A stretch of 64,000 nucleotides of DNA, taken from positions 1 through 64,000 of IMG/VR virus record IMGVR_UViG_3300013121_000017, one strand, 5' to 3'. Every line of letters starts with the position of its first letter. Position 1 is the first letter of the stretch. This document shows, in pieces, positions 9,212 to 19,047 of this stretch. Under the pieces are notes generated by a model, which was not told the DNA's origin, ran no database searches, and saw only the letters and a program-made list of their open reading frames with translations. The translations under genes were made by a program, and so were the position numbers. The DNA comes from a virus. Taxonomy: Duplodnaviria; Caudoviricetes.

Positions 9212-9750
9212 GAACACAAGAAGACATCATTCGCGATAAGCGAACCAATGAAGCTGTGCGTAAAGGCTTGATGAGCGGGGCCGGTAAGCTGGGCGTTATC
9301 GCCCGGATTCTCGGCGACCGCGTTGCCTCCAAGCACGGCGACAACCACGGAATCAGCCCCGTGTTCGAGAACCTGTTCCAGTTTGATCAGAACTTCATGG
9401 ATGAAGACGAACTGGAAGACGGCGAAATCCCTACTATGGAAGAAGGAGATCGCCACAGGGCAACGGCCAGCCTGTTCAACGGCCTCAGTCGCGGCCTGCA
9501 CATTGAGATCAAACTCGATGGACCAGAAATCTGGGTGCGATGGAAGGGCGAATTGGTCTTTCAGGAGATGGCCGGCGAGCTTCACGCCTATTGCCCTGGC
9601 GAATGGGAGCCGGTTGTGGATAAACTGGCTGTAGAGGCGCGGAACAAAGAGAACGACTACATTGACATCGCCGAAACACGCAGCATCGCAATCGGGCAAC
9701 GCCGCAAAGAAGCGTTCCTCGAAGAGATGAAAAGAAAATGGGGTCTGTAA
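9208..9750 (+). CDS. hypothetical protein
   Basis: 180 aa; ATGA coupling to the HNH gene. Confidence 0.7.
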   Translation: MRTQEDIIRDKRTNEAVRKGLMSGAGKLGVIARILGDRVASKHGDNHGISPVFENLFQFDQNFMDEDELEDGEIPTMEEGDRHRATASLFNGLSRGLHIEIKLDGPEIWVRWKGELVFQEMAGELHAYCPGEWEPVVDKLAVEARNKENDYIDIAETRSIAIGQRRKEAFLEEMKRKWGL

Positions 9751-10061
9751 TGGGATACAAGTGCTGTGAAAAGGGTGCAGTCTTGATTTGTGGCGCACCC
9801 GGCATGTGGGACTTGGGCGACAACAACCCGGCAATCTTGTTTTGCCCCTGGTGCGGCACGAAATTGCCCGAGACAGCAGTCATGAAGTTCGAGGTTGTCG
9901 TAAGGTACAACCGTGGACTCGGTGCGGAGTTCAAGAAGGTCATGGTTGAAGCAGAAACCATTGCCGAGGCGAAGGCTAAGGGCGAAAAAGAAGCCAGCGA
10001 TATTCTCGCTGGCTCCAAGTTCGAGCTTCTCGGCAGTCAGGCTACGCCAATCAAGGCGTGA
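9750..10061 (+). CDS. hypothetical protein with a CPWCG Zn ribbon
   Basis: TAATG coupling; CC...CPWCG. Confidence 0.55.
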   Translation: MGYKCCEKGAVLICGAPGMWDLGDNNPAILFCPWCGTKLPETAVMKFEVVVRYNRGLGAEFKKVMVEAETIAEAKAKGEKEASDILAGSKFELLGSQATPIKA

Positions 10062-10866
10062 TCAAATCACCCGACGTGAGAATGTACGGGATCTCTGCCT
10101 GCTGATCAGCGTAGGTGTTTGCTCCCGAATAGGCATAAGTGATCTTCTTCGCCATATCACCGGCTTTGGCCCCCGCTGGATAGCGAATAACTGAGGTAAT
10201 ACGACCACTTCCATCGTGGGCATACTTCTCGAAGTGAAACGCATCGCTCCTGCCAAGAAGCAACTGCCAGTCAGCCTTTGGTGAGGCGTAGTTGAATCCG
10301 CCGTAAGTGATCACTTCTTGATCAGCCGCCACTGCGGTGTCCAACTTGATGAGAAGGCCGGTTCCCAGGTCAGGATAGCTGGCCGCGTTGGCGATAGTAT
10401 GACGGTCAAAATAAGTAGGAATCTCGCCAACCGGAGCCTTGAGATTGAACCTCAAAACCCTTTCCGCACTGGTGTTGCTGATGTAGGCGCGGATGGTGGT
10501 TTTGGGTCGGATAGATCTGATGAAGACAGTTTCTTTGCCATCGACTTTGCTGAGAGATGCAGCGAATAGTGCGGCAAAGACGGCATTGGCGTTGAGGGTG
10601 TTGACCACTTCGTAAGCACGGGTAGCCGCAGCGGTCGCACCAGCCACGTTGATTGACAAACTGGCAAAGTTTGGGCTGGAAAAGTCCATCGCATAGTTGA
10701 TGGTCAACGTATTATGCGTGGACATGTCATAAGGCTCGGGATTCCACGCAATCATCTGGTCGCTGCGATTGATGTTCGCACCGATGTTGAAGTTGAGGCT
10801 GTACTGCCGGTCGGCCCCAATTAGCGTGCCGCGAAACTCTTGATCGAACAGGTTCTGGAAAAACAT
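10051..10866 (-). CDS. putative virion structural protein
   Basis: Ala/Thr/Asn-rich, 271 aa; TAAATA and GAGGAGG in the leader. Confidence 0.6.
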   Translation of the reverse strand: MFFQNLFDQEFRGTLIGADRQYSLNFNIGANINRSDQMIAWNPEPYDMSTHNTLTINYAMDFSSPNFASLSINVAGATAAATRAYEVVNTLNANAVFAALFAASLSKVDGKETVFIRSIRPKTTIRAYISNTSAERVLRFNLKAPVGEIPTYFDRHTIANAASYPDLGTGLLIKLDTAVAADQEVITYGGFNYASPKADWQLLLGRSDAFHFEKYAHDGSGRITSVIRYPAGAKAGDMAKKITYAYSGANTYADQQAEIPYILTSGDLITP

Positions 10867-10881
10867 GATCCTCCTCAGCCC

Positions 10882-11412
10882 TTATTTAGTCTTGACCCCG
10901 ACCTCTTCGAGGAGCTTTTTAGCGTGGCGGGGGTCAGCCAGGAGCTTGCTGCTGAACCGTTCGTCGTTCCACGCTACCTCATAGATGAGATTGTTCTTCA
11001 CCAGTTTGGGGAACTTGTCCGGTTCCTTCTGGTACTCTGGCATTTCACACTCTGCCATCGCGAAATACGTCTTGTTGTCGTGATCCTTGAAGAAATCGAC
11101 TTCCCACCCCTTGTAGGGGGCGGCGTACTTGTAGCGAATCTTCTCGAATCGCACCAGCGACTGGTTCCACAGATCGGTGTAGTCCCGCTCGTCAATTTCC
11201 TGCTCGATCTCAATCACACGTTTGCCGACGTTGTTCTTGTAGGTGAAGACGTAGGTGTTCTTGTCACCTTCAAGTACACGCCGCACACGGACTGTCATAC
11301 CCCTCATTGCTGAGGGATAGCCTTGCCAGATGTACAGCGGACGCGCTATTCCCGAAAACTGCGGCTCCGCGTCCAGAGCCAAAACATACTTCCGCTCGTT
11401 TTCGGTCGGCAT
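10882..11412 (-). CDS. CYTH-domain protein (triphosphate tunnel metalloenzyme)
   Basis: ENERKY (ExExK), QGY, RVR, TYK, EIE, KIRY, WEVDFF and AECE motifs. Confidence 0.9.
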   Translation of the reverse strand: MPTENERKYVLALDAEPQFSGIARPLYIWQGYPSAMRGMTVRVRRVLEGDKNTYVFTYKNNVGKRVIEIEQEIDERDYTDLWNQSLVRFEKIRYKYAAPYKGWEVDFFKDHDNKTYFAMAECEMPEYQKEPDKFPKLVKNNLIYEVAWNDERFSSKLLADPRHAKKLLEEVGVKTK

Positions 11413-11423
11413 TACTCTCCCTC

Positions 11424-11882
11424 TTAAACCCCGAGTTGCCTGAAGTTATCCGCGTCCTGGCGGCTGTGCAATAGCTGTTCTTCGAGGAAGATCTCGATGA
11501 ACTGCCCATCCACGCCACCGAGTTCCTGGGCCTGCTTGATTCGCTCGGTGTAGTTCGCGACAACTTCGTCCTCCATCATCATGGCGTAACGGACGGCCAG
11601 CGTCGGGTCGTTGAAAACCACGATGGCGTTCACTGCATTCATGTCAATGTTGACGCTAGGTTCATTTGTCATCGTAGCCAAATTGACACCCAGGCCGACG
11701 AGCAAGTCTTGGAACTCCTGCACATGCTTCATTTCGCTGGCCGCTTCTTCGATGAAGAGTTCGCGAATCTCCTGCCGGTGCAGACCCTGGAGGGTCGCCG
11801 CGTTCCGTAGGTAGAACATCATGTGTCGCATTTCGTTCGTCAGATCGCCGACTAACAGCTTGACCATCTCCTCTTTTGTCAT
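11424..11882 (-). CDS. ferritin-like di-iron four-helix protein (bacterioferritin/rubrerythrin-like)
   Basis: E...Y...EE..SEMKH (ExxH), then E..V..NY and EEQ; the second ExxH is degenerate. Confidence 0.8.
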   Translation of the reverse strand: MTKEEMVKLLVGDLTNEMRHMMFYLRNAATLQGLHRQEIRELFIEEAASEMKHVQEFQDLLVGLGVNLATMTNEPSVNIDMNAVNAIVVFNDPTLAVRYAMMMEDEVVANYTERIKQAQELGGVDGQFIEIFLEEQLLHSRQDADNFRQLGV

Positions 11883-11968
11883 GAACACATCTCCTTCGTT
11901 ACTGACTAGATAGGGGTTGAGGGCAAATACCCCTCAATTATAGAGACGTTTCCAACCCAAGGAGAATC

Positions 11969-13879
11969 ATGCCAACACCTTCAAAGTGGAGAGGCAAGTT
12001 CAGGACACTCAAGGAGTATTACGCGAATGCGGTGAACGAGAAAGAAGACGTTCCAGATCGACCGCAGCTTATCGGGCAGAAGAAATACCCCGCCGAATAC
12101 TACGAATTCGACCGCTTTCAGTTGACCATCGACCCGGACGAAACAGCCGAAGACGTTGAGGCTTACAGCAAATCCCAGCAAGACGCAGAAACAATCAAGT
12201 GCGCCCACAGCTTTGCCTACTGGTGTCAGAAGTACGTCAAGATTCTGCACCCGATGCGTGGTCTGGTCCCTTTCCTGCTCTACAAGTACCAGATGAAGGT
12301 CATCAAGGACTACGAAGACCACCGCTTCAACATCATCTCGAAGTTCCGACAGGGAGGTTTGACGACAGTCACCCTGATCTGGGGACTCTGGCGTACCCTG
12401 TTCAAAACCGACCAGCAGATCATGCTTCTCTCAAAGACCGACCGTGAAGCCACGGACATCGGCATGATTGTGGACCGCGTCGTGGAGTATCTGCCGTCGT
12501 GGATGAAGCCCAACAAGAATGCCGGCAAGTGGAACGACCACTTGAAGCAGATCACTGAAACCGGCGGCGCTCTCAAGTTCTACTCGCCGGAAGCTGCCCG
12601 TGGTAAGGCCGTCACATTCCTCATCATTGACGAGGCGGCGTTCATCGACAACATGGAAAGCCACTGGAAGGCTATGTGGCCGGTCCTCTCGACTGGTGGT
12701 AGCTGCACCCTGGTTTCCACGGTCAACGGCCTCGGCAACTGGTACGAGGAAACCTTCCACGGGGCGAAGGAAGGTCGGAACAAGTTCCACGTCATCGAAT
12801 TGGATTACTGGGAACACCCCGACTACAACGACAAGGTCTGGGTCGAAGACCAGAAGGCACAGCTTGGCGAACGCGGTTTCGCCCAGGAAGTGTTGCGGTC
12901 ATTCCTCGGCTCGGGCGAAACATACATTCCGCCGCACATCCTTGCCGAACTTGACCGCCAGACCCGCGACAACGATCCGATTCGCAAGGCGTTCCGCCAG
13001 TGGACCAACAAGGCGACCCGTGCCGAAGACGTTGAAGGTGTTCAGCGTTCCGAAAAAGAACTCGACCAGATTGACCGCATGCCAGAACTGGTCAAGTACC
13101 AGCGTGGCGCGTTGTGGATCTGGCGTGAGGCTATCGACGGCCACGAATACATCGTCTCGGCTGACGTGGCCGAAGGCATGGGTGAGAACGGCGACAACTC
13201 CAGCTTCCAAGTCATTGACTGTGCAACGCTGGAACAGGTTGCCGAGTTTTACTCAAACAGCGTTCCGCCCTACATCTTCTCGCAGATCCTGAACGAAATC
13301 GGCCTGTACTACAACACCGCCCTGATGGTGGTCGAAAACATGGGTCCGGGCGTGGCCGTCATCAGCAACCTCGAAAACGAACTATTCTACGAGAACATGT
13401 TCTTCGATGAACGTGCGGCCCAAAAGGTCAACAAGCCGGGCATCAAGATGACCCGGACCAACCGCCCCGTCATCCTTGAAGCCCTCCAGCAGAGAGTTTT
13501 GACTGGTACGCTTCGCATCAACTCTCGCCGACTCGTCAGGGAACTCAAGACACTTGAGTACAACCCGACGACCAAGCGTGCCGAGGCCCAGAAGGGCAAG
13601 CATGACGACGCGATCATGGCTCTGGCAATGGCCCTGTGGGTTCGCGACCAGATCATGCGTGACATTCCAATGGGTGCTGACGTGCCTGCGGAAGTCATGG
13701 ATACGTTCAAGAGTCAGACCTACGAGGACATCAAGCGTGAAATCCTCGAAGGCGCACCGAAGAACTGGATTGAGGAAGAACCTGATTTCCTGGCCGGTGA
13801 AAGAGGCGATATTTTGCCGGGCGTCATATTCAATTACAAGCGAAGGTATGACGCACTATTGAAGGAGTTCGGATGGTAA
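11969..13879 (+). CDS. terminase large subunit (T4 gp17-like)
   Basis: Q-motif (YKYQ), Walker A KFRQGGLTT, Walker B IIDEAAF, coupling motif STVNG, RNase H-like ADVAEG...DNS and HDDAIMA. Confidence 0.95.
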   Translation: MPTPSKWRGKFRTLKEYYANAVNEKEDVPDRPQLIGQKKYPAEYYEFDRFQLTIDPDETAEDVEAYSKSQQDAETIKCAHSFAYWCQKYVKILHPMRGLVPFLLYKYQMKVIKDYEDHRFNIISKFRQGGLTTVTLIWGLWRTLFKTDQQIMLLSKTDREATDIGMIVDRVVEYLPSWMKPNKNAGKWNDHLKQITETGGALKFYSPEAARGKAVTFLIIDEAAFIDNMESHWKAMWPVLSTGGSCTLVSTVNGLGNWYEETFHGAKEGRNKFHVIELDYWEHPDYNDKVWVEDQKAQLGERGFAQEVLRSFLGSGETYIPPHILAELDRQTRDNDPIRKAFRQWTNKATRAEDVEGVQRSEKELDQIDRMPELVKYQRGALWIWREAIDGHEYIVSADVAEGMGENGDNSSFQVIDCATLEQVAEFYSNSVPPYIFSQILNEIGLYYNTALMVVENMGPGVAVISNLENELFYENMFFDERAAQKVNKPGIKMTRTNRPVILEALQQRVLTGTLRINSRRLVRELKTLEYNPTTKRAEAQKGKHDDAIMALAMALWVRDQIMRDIPMGADVPAEVMDTFKSQTYEDIKREILEGAPKNWIEEEPDFLAGERGDILPGVIFNYKRRYDALLKEFGW

Positions 13880-14424
13880 AGTTCACCGGCGACCTAAGCA
13901 TCAATGATGCCGAACTATTGGAACACTATTCCCGTTGTTCGTCAGACATTTTGGAGTTTGGTGTCGGCGGTAGCACACAGATATTCGCCCAAACTGCAAA
14001 GAAGCCGGGGCTTAGTCTTGATACTGATTTGAGATGGGTCAAGACGACCCAGAACAAAATCGATGAACTCGGTGTCTCATGGAATTTCAAGCCCCTCTTG
14101 GAGTGGGAACCATCTGGCAGTTACGACTTGGTGTTCGTTGACGGCAATGACGCATACAGACGAAGATTTGCCCATCAAAGTTTCCCTCTGCTGCGTGTGG
14201 GTGGACACATGATATTTCACGACACCAGACGAGCAATGGACATTGCCAATGTGACCAGTGTGATTGGGTTGCATTTCAACGAGATCGATGCAGTGTACTT
14301 CAATCAGTGGCACAGCAACATGACCGTCATCAGGAAGAAAACCAACGAGCCTTATGTCAACTGGCACAAGGTCGAAGGCAAGCCTGAGTGGATGTATGGA
14401 GAAATCAATGCCAAGCTACTTTGA
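13873..14424 (+). CDS. class I SAM-dependent methyltransferase
   Basis: ILEFGVGGST, DLVFVDG and IFHDT motifs. Confidence 0.8.
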   Translation: MVKFTGDLSINDAELLEHYSRCSSDILEFGVGGSTQIFAQTAKKPGLSLDTDLRWVKTTQNKIDELGVSWNFKPLLEWEPSGSYDLVFVDGNDAYRRRFAHQSFPLLRVGGHMIFHDTRRAMDIANVTSVIGLHFNEIDAVYFNQWHSNMTVIRKKTNEPYVNWHKVEGKPEWMYGEINAKLL

Positions 14425-15388
14425 ACAATACCTGACGCGGCGCGAACAGCCAACGGTAATTGTCGAAATGGAAGACTACCAACGGCAACTTTTCTCTCAC
14501 GCCCCCACAGAACAAGAGGCCGAGAACTCCTTGATGTTGCAGGTGGAAAACTCCCTGCCCGGCGAGATTGCCGCCATGATCGCGGCAGCCAGCAAGAAGC
14601 CCGGCAAGCTGAAGAAAGTTCCCAGCAGCCCAACTTCGGCAAATCTAAGGATTGTGGTGAACGGCGGGGAAGTACCCAACGCCTGGAAACCCCAGAGTGT
14701 GCTAAGGCAGACAGCCCTCAACATGGGCAAGCTCGGTCGCGTTTTGCAGATGGCGCACGGCAGCATTCCAAATTGGCATGGATCTAAGATCATCGTGATT
14801 CCCGCCCCGAGGATCTGGGCCGAGCCGGCGACCGATGGTATGGTCCGCGTAGACCGCTGTGGAAGCGGCAACACATTCAAGGCTGGCGTGTTGGGCAAGG
14901 GATTGCGAATGCAAGACGTAGGAAACAATCCTTTCGGTGCGTTCGACATGGACCAGAACGGCCAGGAGGACTTCCTGAATCTGATCAATACTCTGCGAGG
15001 CGGTTTCGAGTCGAAGCCGCGTTTGGTCAGGATGTACTTCCATGCTCCGAAGAGCATGCGGAAGAAACTGACCAAGGCTGGCCGTGAGGCGGCGGTGCTG
15101 AGGGCGGCATTCATCCCTCCAGTGCCACTGAAGGCAAAGAAAGAAAAGAAGGAAGGCACGGATCTCTGGCAAGTGCGGGTCGATGAGCGGCTCCTGGGCC
15201 TGCCGATTGACGACACCTATTGGCCTGCCGAAGACGAGCCTCTGGAAATCAGACACTTGGAAATGGTGACCCATGAAGCGACGGAACAAATGTCCTCTGG
15301 TATTGGAGATAGAGATCGACCTGACGGGGTTGGGACGGAGGGAGTACAACCGGAAGATCGACTTGTTGAACCAACTGATGAGAGATGA
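14408..15388 (+). CDS. hypothetical protein with a capsid-targeting-like N-terminus
   Basis: Starts MPSYFEQYLTRRE. Confidence 0.65.
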   Translation: MPSYFEQYLTRREQPTVIVEMEDYQRQLFSHAPTEQEAENSLMLQVENSLPGEIAAMIAAASKKPGKLKKVPSSPTSANLRIVVNGGEVPNAWKPQSVLRQTALNMGKLGRVLQMAHGSIPNWHGSKIIVIPAPRIWAEPATDGMVRVDRCGSGNTFKAGVLGKGLRMQDVGNNPFGAFDMDQNGQEDFLNLINTLRGGFESKPRLVRMYFHAPKSMRKKLTKAGREAAVLRAAFIPPVPLKAKKEKKEGTDLWQVRVDERLLGLPIDDTYWPAEDEPLEIRHLEMVTHEATEQMSSGIGDRDRPDGVGTEGVQPEDRLVEPTDER

Positions 15389-15444
15389 CTCAGACTGTGA
15401 TGAGCATCACGATCATCACTGCTGTCACGAAAAGAAGGAGAAGC

Positions 15445-15804
15445 ATGAAAACAAACACGACTGACGCCAAACGACTGATTCAGCAAGCCCTGAGCAGTAT
15501 GCCAGAGGACTTCACGCTGTCTGAGGCAAGGTATCACCTGAAGGCCGCACTCAGTCACGTTGAACACGTTGAGCAGAAGCGAAACCGGCGTGAGATTCAG
15601 CAGAGACAAAATGAAGTGCAGGCTCGCTTCAACAGCATGGGTCAGCTTCCTGGGAACCCGGCAGCACTGAAAGAAAGCCTGAAGGCGATTGACGACATGA
15701 TCGCCCAAGAGCAGAAGAAGTTGGAAGAACTACAAGCCAAGCGTCAAGCACGGAACGCTCCCCAAGAGATCGAGCCTCTGGAAGACGACCTCATCCGTGA
15801 CTGA
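15445..15804 (+). CDS. hypothetical coiled-coil protein
   Basis: AAGGAG RBS before ATG 15445. Confidence 0.7.
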   Translation: MKTNTTDAKRLIQQALSSMPEDFTLSEARYHLKAALSHVEHVEQKRNRREIQQRQNEVQARFNSMGQLPGNPAALKESLKAIDDMIAQEQKKLEELQAKRQARNAPQEIEPLEDDLIRD

Positions 15805-16405
15805 CGCCTACAAGCGGCAAGCTCTTCAAGAAGAAGAGATGCCGTTCGTAGCAATCCTGACACCAGTCAAGAATCTCCCTTTTGATCACATTGGGCGGCG
15901 GCTTCAAATGATCGAAAGCCTCTGGCAGGTGCAACACATCTTCTTTCAGACCCAGGAAGGTCTTCAGCGGGACGACATGGTCCCCGCGTTGGATGTCGTC
16001 GTAGGTCAGAAGCATACCGTGCCTGACACGCTTGGCGATCTCACAAATACGTCTCAGCCGGTAACAGTAATACATTGCCGCCTCCTTGTGACCATAGAGA
16101 TTGTCAGCGACAAGGAGATTCAACACCGGGGTTGGCTGCCGGACGGTAAAGAGGTAATGGGCGTGCAACGGCAGGTTCTTGGAACCAAGTTGATAATTGA
16201 AGTTTGCCTCCAGCGCGAAGATGGCAGCTACGGATGACAACTTGTGGGTTTGGGCTGTGAACGCCCTGAGATCAACGTAGTTCTGAATAACGGGGTTGGC
16301 CCTGACGAACTGGACCCGTGGATTCCGATTAAGGAGGCCCAACAGCGGTAGCGATCCAGAAGCAAGGTGGGTTACGGAAAGCAGCACTCTTTTTAGTGAA
16401 GACAT
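15791..16405 (-). CDS. sulfotransferase-like protein
   Basis: Degenerate 5'-PSB loop (THLASGS..L..LLNRNP), 3'-PB motif (TVRQP) and LTYDD. Confidence 0.5.
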   Translation of the reverse strand: MSSLKRVLLSVTHLASGSLPLLGLLNRNPRVQFVRANPVIQNYVDLRAFTAQTHKLSSVAAIFALEANFNYQLGSKNLPLHAHYLFTVRQPTPVLNLLVADNLYGHKEAAMYYCYRLRRICEIAKRVRHGMLLTYDDIQRGDHVVPLKTFLGLKEDVLHLPEAFDHLKPPPNVIKREILDWCQDCYERHLFFLKSLPLVGVSHG

Positions 16406-16474
16406 GTGTGGCTCATTTGGTCAAGGGTTGCGGCTATATAACCAGAGCGTGCATGCACTGGATAAAGGAACGAG

Positions 16475-19033
16475 ATGACACCAGTTTGGGCAGACTTTTT
16501 CAAGATCTTCACCTACCAGTTCACGCCGGACCCATACAGCCGGCGTGCCAACACCCGTGACTTGAGGGGTGCGGGTGTAACACAGCCCGACGCCATCCCC
16601 ATGATGGGACCAGACGGTTCCATGCAAGGCGGCGGCGACTCAAGACTGGTCCGTTTCCGCGACACCAACGAAATGATCGACCTCTCGTCGGTCAGCAATC
16701 GCCAATCAAGATACAAAGAGTACCAGCGACTTCTCGGCGTCCCCGAAATCGACCGCGCCCTGACTGTCTTCGCCGACGAAGCATGCCTTGCTGGATGGAC
16801 CAAGGTCCAGACGCCGCACGGCGAATTCACCATCGAACAACTTGCCAAAAACAGGGCCAATGACCGCTTCCTCGTCTACAGTTACGACGAAGAGAAGGGG
16901 GACTACACGCTCGGGTGGGCATTTGCACCACGCAAGACAAAGACCGCCAAGACTATTTGCCTTGTTTTCGACAACGGGAAGACACTGACGCTTACCCACG
17001 ACCACCGCATCATGAAGCGGGACGGCAAATACATTCAGGCTGGCGAGGCCAAAATTGGCGACACGTTCATGCCGTTCTACCGCCTGCGTCCCAACCCAGA
17101 ACTCAACAAGCTCCGCACAGGCCAGCAGCCGCGTATTCGCACATTCCTGAAGGGATGGGTCAATGAACGACAATTCGTTGACGACTGGAAACTCGGCAAA
17201 ACCCAGGAACACTACGAGAAGGCAAACGAGATCGCCCGCATGGCGACTGACGGCCTTGTCATGGAACAGATCCTTCAGCGTGTGCCACACGACTGGAAAA
17301 CGATCAAGCTTCGGCTCGCCAAGGCGGGATTCACTTACAAGGAACTGAAAAAACTCGGCCAGAAGGAAGATTGTCGCAGGATAGTTGACATCCGCCCCGG
17401 CCCGGAAATTGACGTGTACGACATGTCTGTGGAGAAGTACCACAACTTCTGCACCGATAGCATCGTTGTCCACAACTGCCAGAAAGACGAGTTCGGCAAC
17501 CTATTCAAGATCGAGTGCGGCAACGCGGAAGTGCAAGACGAGTTGAAGCACTTCTTCTTCCACCGCCACGCCCTGAACATGAACCGCCGGGCGAGGACTG
17601 AGTTCTGGAAGATGTGTCTCATGGGCGACGTGTTCTGGGAGGCAATCATCAACCCGGAGAAGCCAAGCGACGGCATCTCGAACTTCGCAAGCTTGCCCGC
17701 CGAATCCATGTACCGCATCGAGACGACCAAGGGCAAACTCATCGAGTTCCAGCAAGCCCGTGAGGGACCAGACTACAACGCACTCGTTCGCGCCCCAATC
17801 ATGCAGTCCACGGACGCCGAGATTGCACAAAGCACTGCCATCCGTTTTGCCCCGGAACAGATCATTCACATCCGAATTGGCGACGAACGCAAGACGTTCT
17901 ATCCATACGGTGTCTCGCTGGTCGAGCCGGCCCGTGGTCCGGCCCACCAACTGAGGCTGATGGAAGACGCCATGTTGGTGTACCGTCTAAGCCGCGCCCC
18001 TGAGCGTCGTATTTTCTACATCGACGTGGGTCAGTTGCCGCCGTTCAAGGCTGAGGCATTTGTTGAAAGACTGAAGGACCAGTTCCGCAAGAAGAAGGTC
18101 GCAACCAACAGGTCGCCATACCAGGGTGCAAACCAAGTTGAAGAGCGTTGGCACGCACCGGCAGTTGATGAAGACTACTGGTTGCCAATGCGTAAGGACT
18201 CGCAGACCAAGATCGACACTCTGCCCGGCGCACAGAACCTGGGTGAGATTGACGACGCTGTGTACTTCAGGAACAAGTTGTTCGTCGCCCTGAACTTCCC
18301 GCCGAACTACCTGAGCAACGAAGACCCGAATGCAACTCGCATCACGCTGTCCTCGCAGGATGTGAAGTTCGCGCGTATCATCGAGCGGCTCCAGGGCCAA
18401 TTCGAGGACGGTCTGTGGGAGATAGCCGACCGTCATCTCCAGATGCTCGGTTACCCGCCGGACGTGTACGATGACTTGGTCATCAAAATGACACCGCCGT
18501 CCGACTGGCGCGAACTGAGCCGTGCAGAAACTACGAACAATCGTGTCACAACAGCCAGCAGTTTGAAGTCGGCACAGTTGATGTCTGACTACGATGTTCA
18601 TATCAGGTACTTGCGTCACTCGGAAGAGGAGACGCAGGAAATGATCGCACGTCTGAAGATCCAGAAGCTTGAAGAACTCAAGCTGCAAGTTCTGGCCCAG
18701 AACCCACAACTGTTGGGTGTTGGCACGCCGGGACAACAGGGCCAGGATGGTCAAGAAATCGGCTCGCAGGCCGGTGGTCCTAGCCCGATGTTGGGTGGAG
18801 ATCCGGGTGCGGGCGGTGCGGCCCCAGGTGGCGCACCACCAGCCCCAGGATTGGCGGCTGAGGAACCACCCGAAGGTGGTCCAGGCAATGCCACGCCCGA
18901 GGCGGGGCAAGCTCAAGGTGTTCCTCTGAGCGAACCAGAGGAAGAGGACATCCTCAAGTACGACCTTGAGATCCAAGACTACGACGCTGAACAGGATGTC
19001 GAGGACATCGACTACAGCGTCAACGACGACTAA
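16475..19033 (+). CDS. portal protein (T4 gp20-like) interrupted by an intein
   Basis: QLRLMEDAMLVYRLSRAPERRIFYIDVG, EDYWLP, IDTLPGAQNLGEID, YFRNKLF.ALN.P and KFARII.RLQ are T4-type portal motifs. Confidence 0.95.
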   Translation: MTPVWADFFKIFTYQFTPDPYSRRANTRDLRGAGVTQPDAIPMMGPDGSMQGGGDSRLVRFRDTNEMIDLSSVSNRQSRYKEYQRLLGVPEIDRALTVFADEACLAGWTKVQTPHGEFTIEQLAKNRANDRFLVYSYDEEKGDYTLGWAFAPRKTKTAKTICLVFDNGKTLTLTHDHRIMKRDGKYIQAGEAKIGDTFMPFYRLRPNPELNKLRTGQQPRIRTFLKGWVNERQFVDDWKLGKTQEHYEKANEIARMATDGLVMEQILQRVPHDWKTIKLRLAKAGFTYKELKKLGQKEDCRRIVDIRPGPEIDVYDMSVEKYHNFCTDSIVVHNCQKDEFGNLFKIECGNAEVQDELKHFFFHRHALNMNRRARTEFWKMCLMGDVFWEAIINPEKPSDGISNFASLPAESMYRIETTKGKLIEFQQAREGPDYNALVRAPIMQSTDAEIAQSTAIRFAPEQIIHIRIGDERKTFYPYGVSLVEPARGPAHQLRLMEDAMLVYRLSRAPERRIFYIDVGQLPPFKAEAFVERLKDQFRKKKVATNRSPYQGANQVEERWHAPAVDEDYWLPMRKDSQTKIDTLPGAQNLGEIDDAVYFRNKLFVALNFPPNYLSNEDPNATRITLSSQDVKFARIIERLQGQFEDGLWEIADRHLQMLGYPPDVYDDLVIKMTPPSDWRELSRAETTNNRVTTASSLKSAQLMSDYDVHIRYLRHSEEETQEMIARLKIQKLEELKLQVLAQNPQLLGVGTPGQQGQDGQEIGSQAGGPSPMLGGDPGAGGAAPGGAPPAPGLAAEEPPEGGPGNATPEAGQAQGVPLSEPEEEDILKYDLEIQDYDAEQDVEDIDYSVNDD
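16784..17476 (+). mobile_element. intein (231 aa) in the portal gene, with no recognisable intact endonuclease
   Basis: Block A CLAGWTKV, block B LTHDHRI, block F DVYDMSVEKYHNF and block G VVHN followed by Cys+1. Confidence 0.92.
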
Positions 19034-19047
19034 CCAAAAGAGACGTA

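Noticed and set aside
11917-11937. Hairpin TTGAGGG-N7-CCCTCAA upstream of terminase as a packaging (pac) site
   Set aside because: A 7-bp stem alone is not evidence for a packaging signal.
15273-15464. Short ORF with a His/Cys-rich tail (DCDEHHDHHCCH) suggesting a metal-binding peptide
   Set aside because: It mostly overlaps 14408..15388 in another frame and has no clear RBS; it cannot be supported, though it is not excluded.
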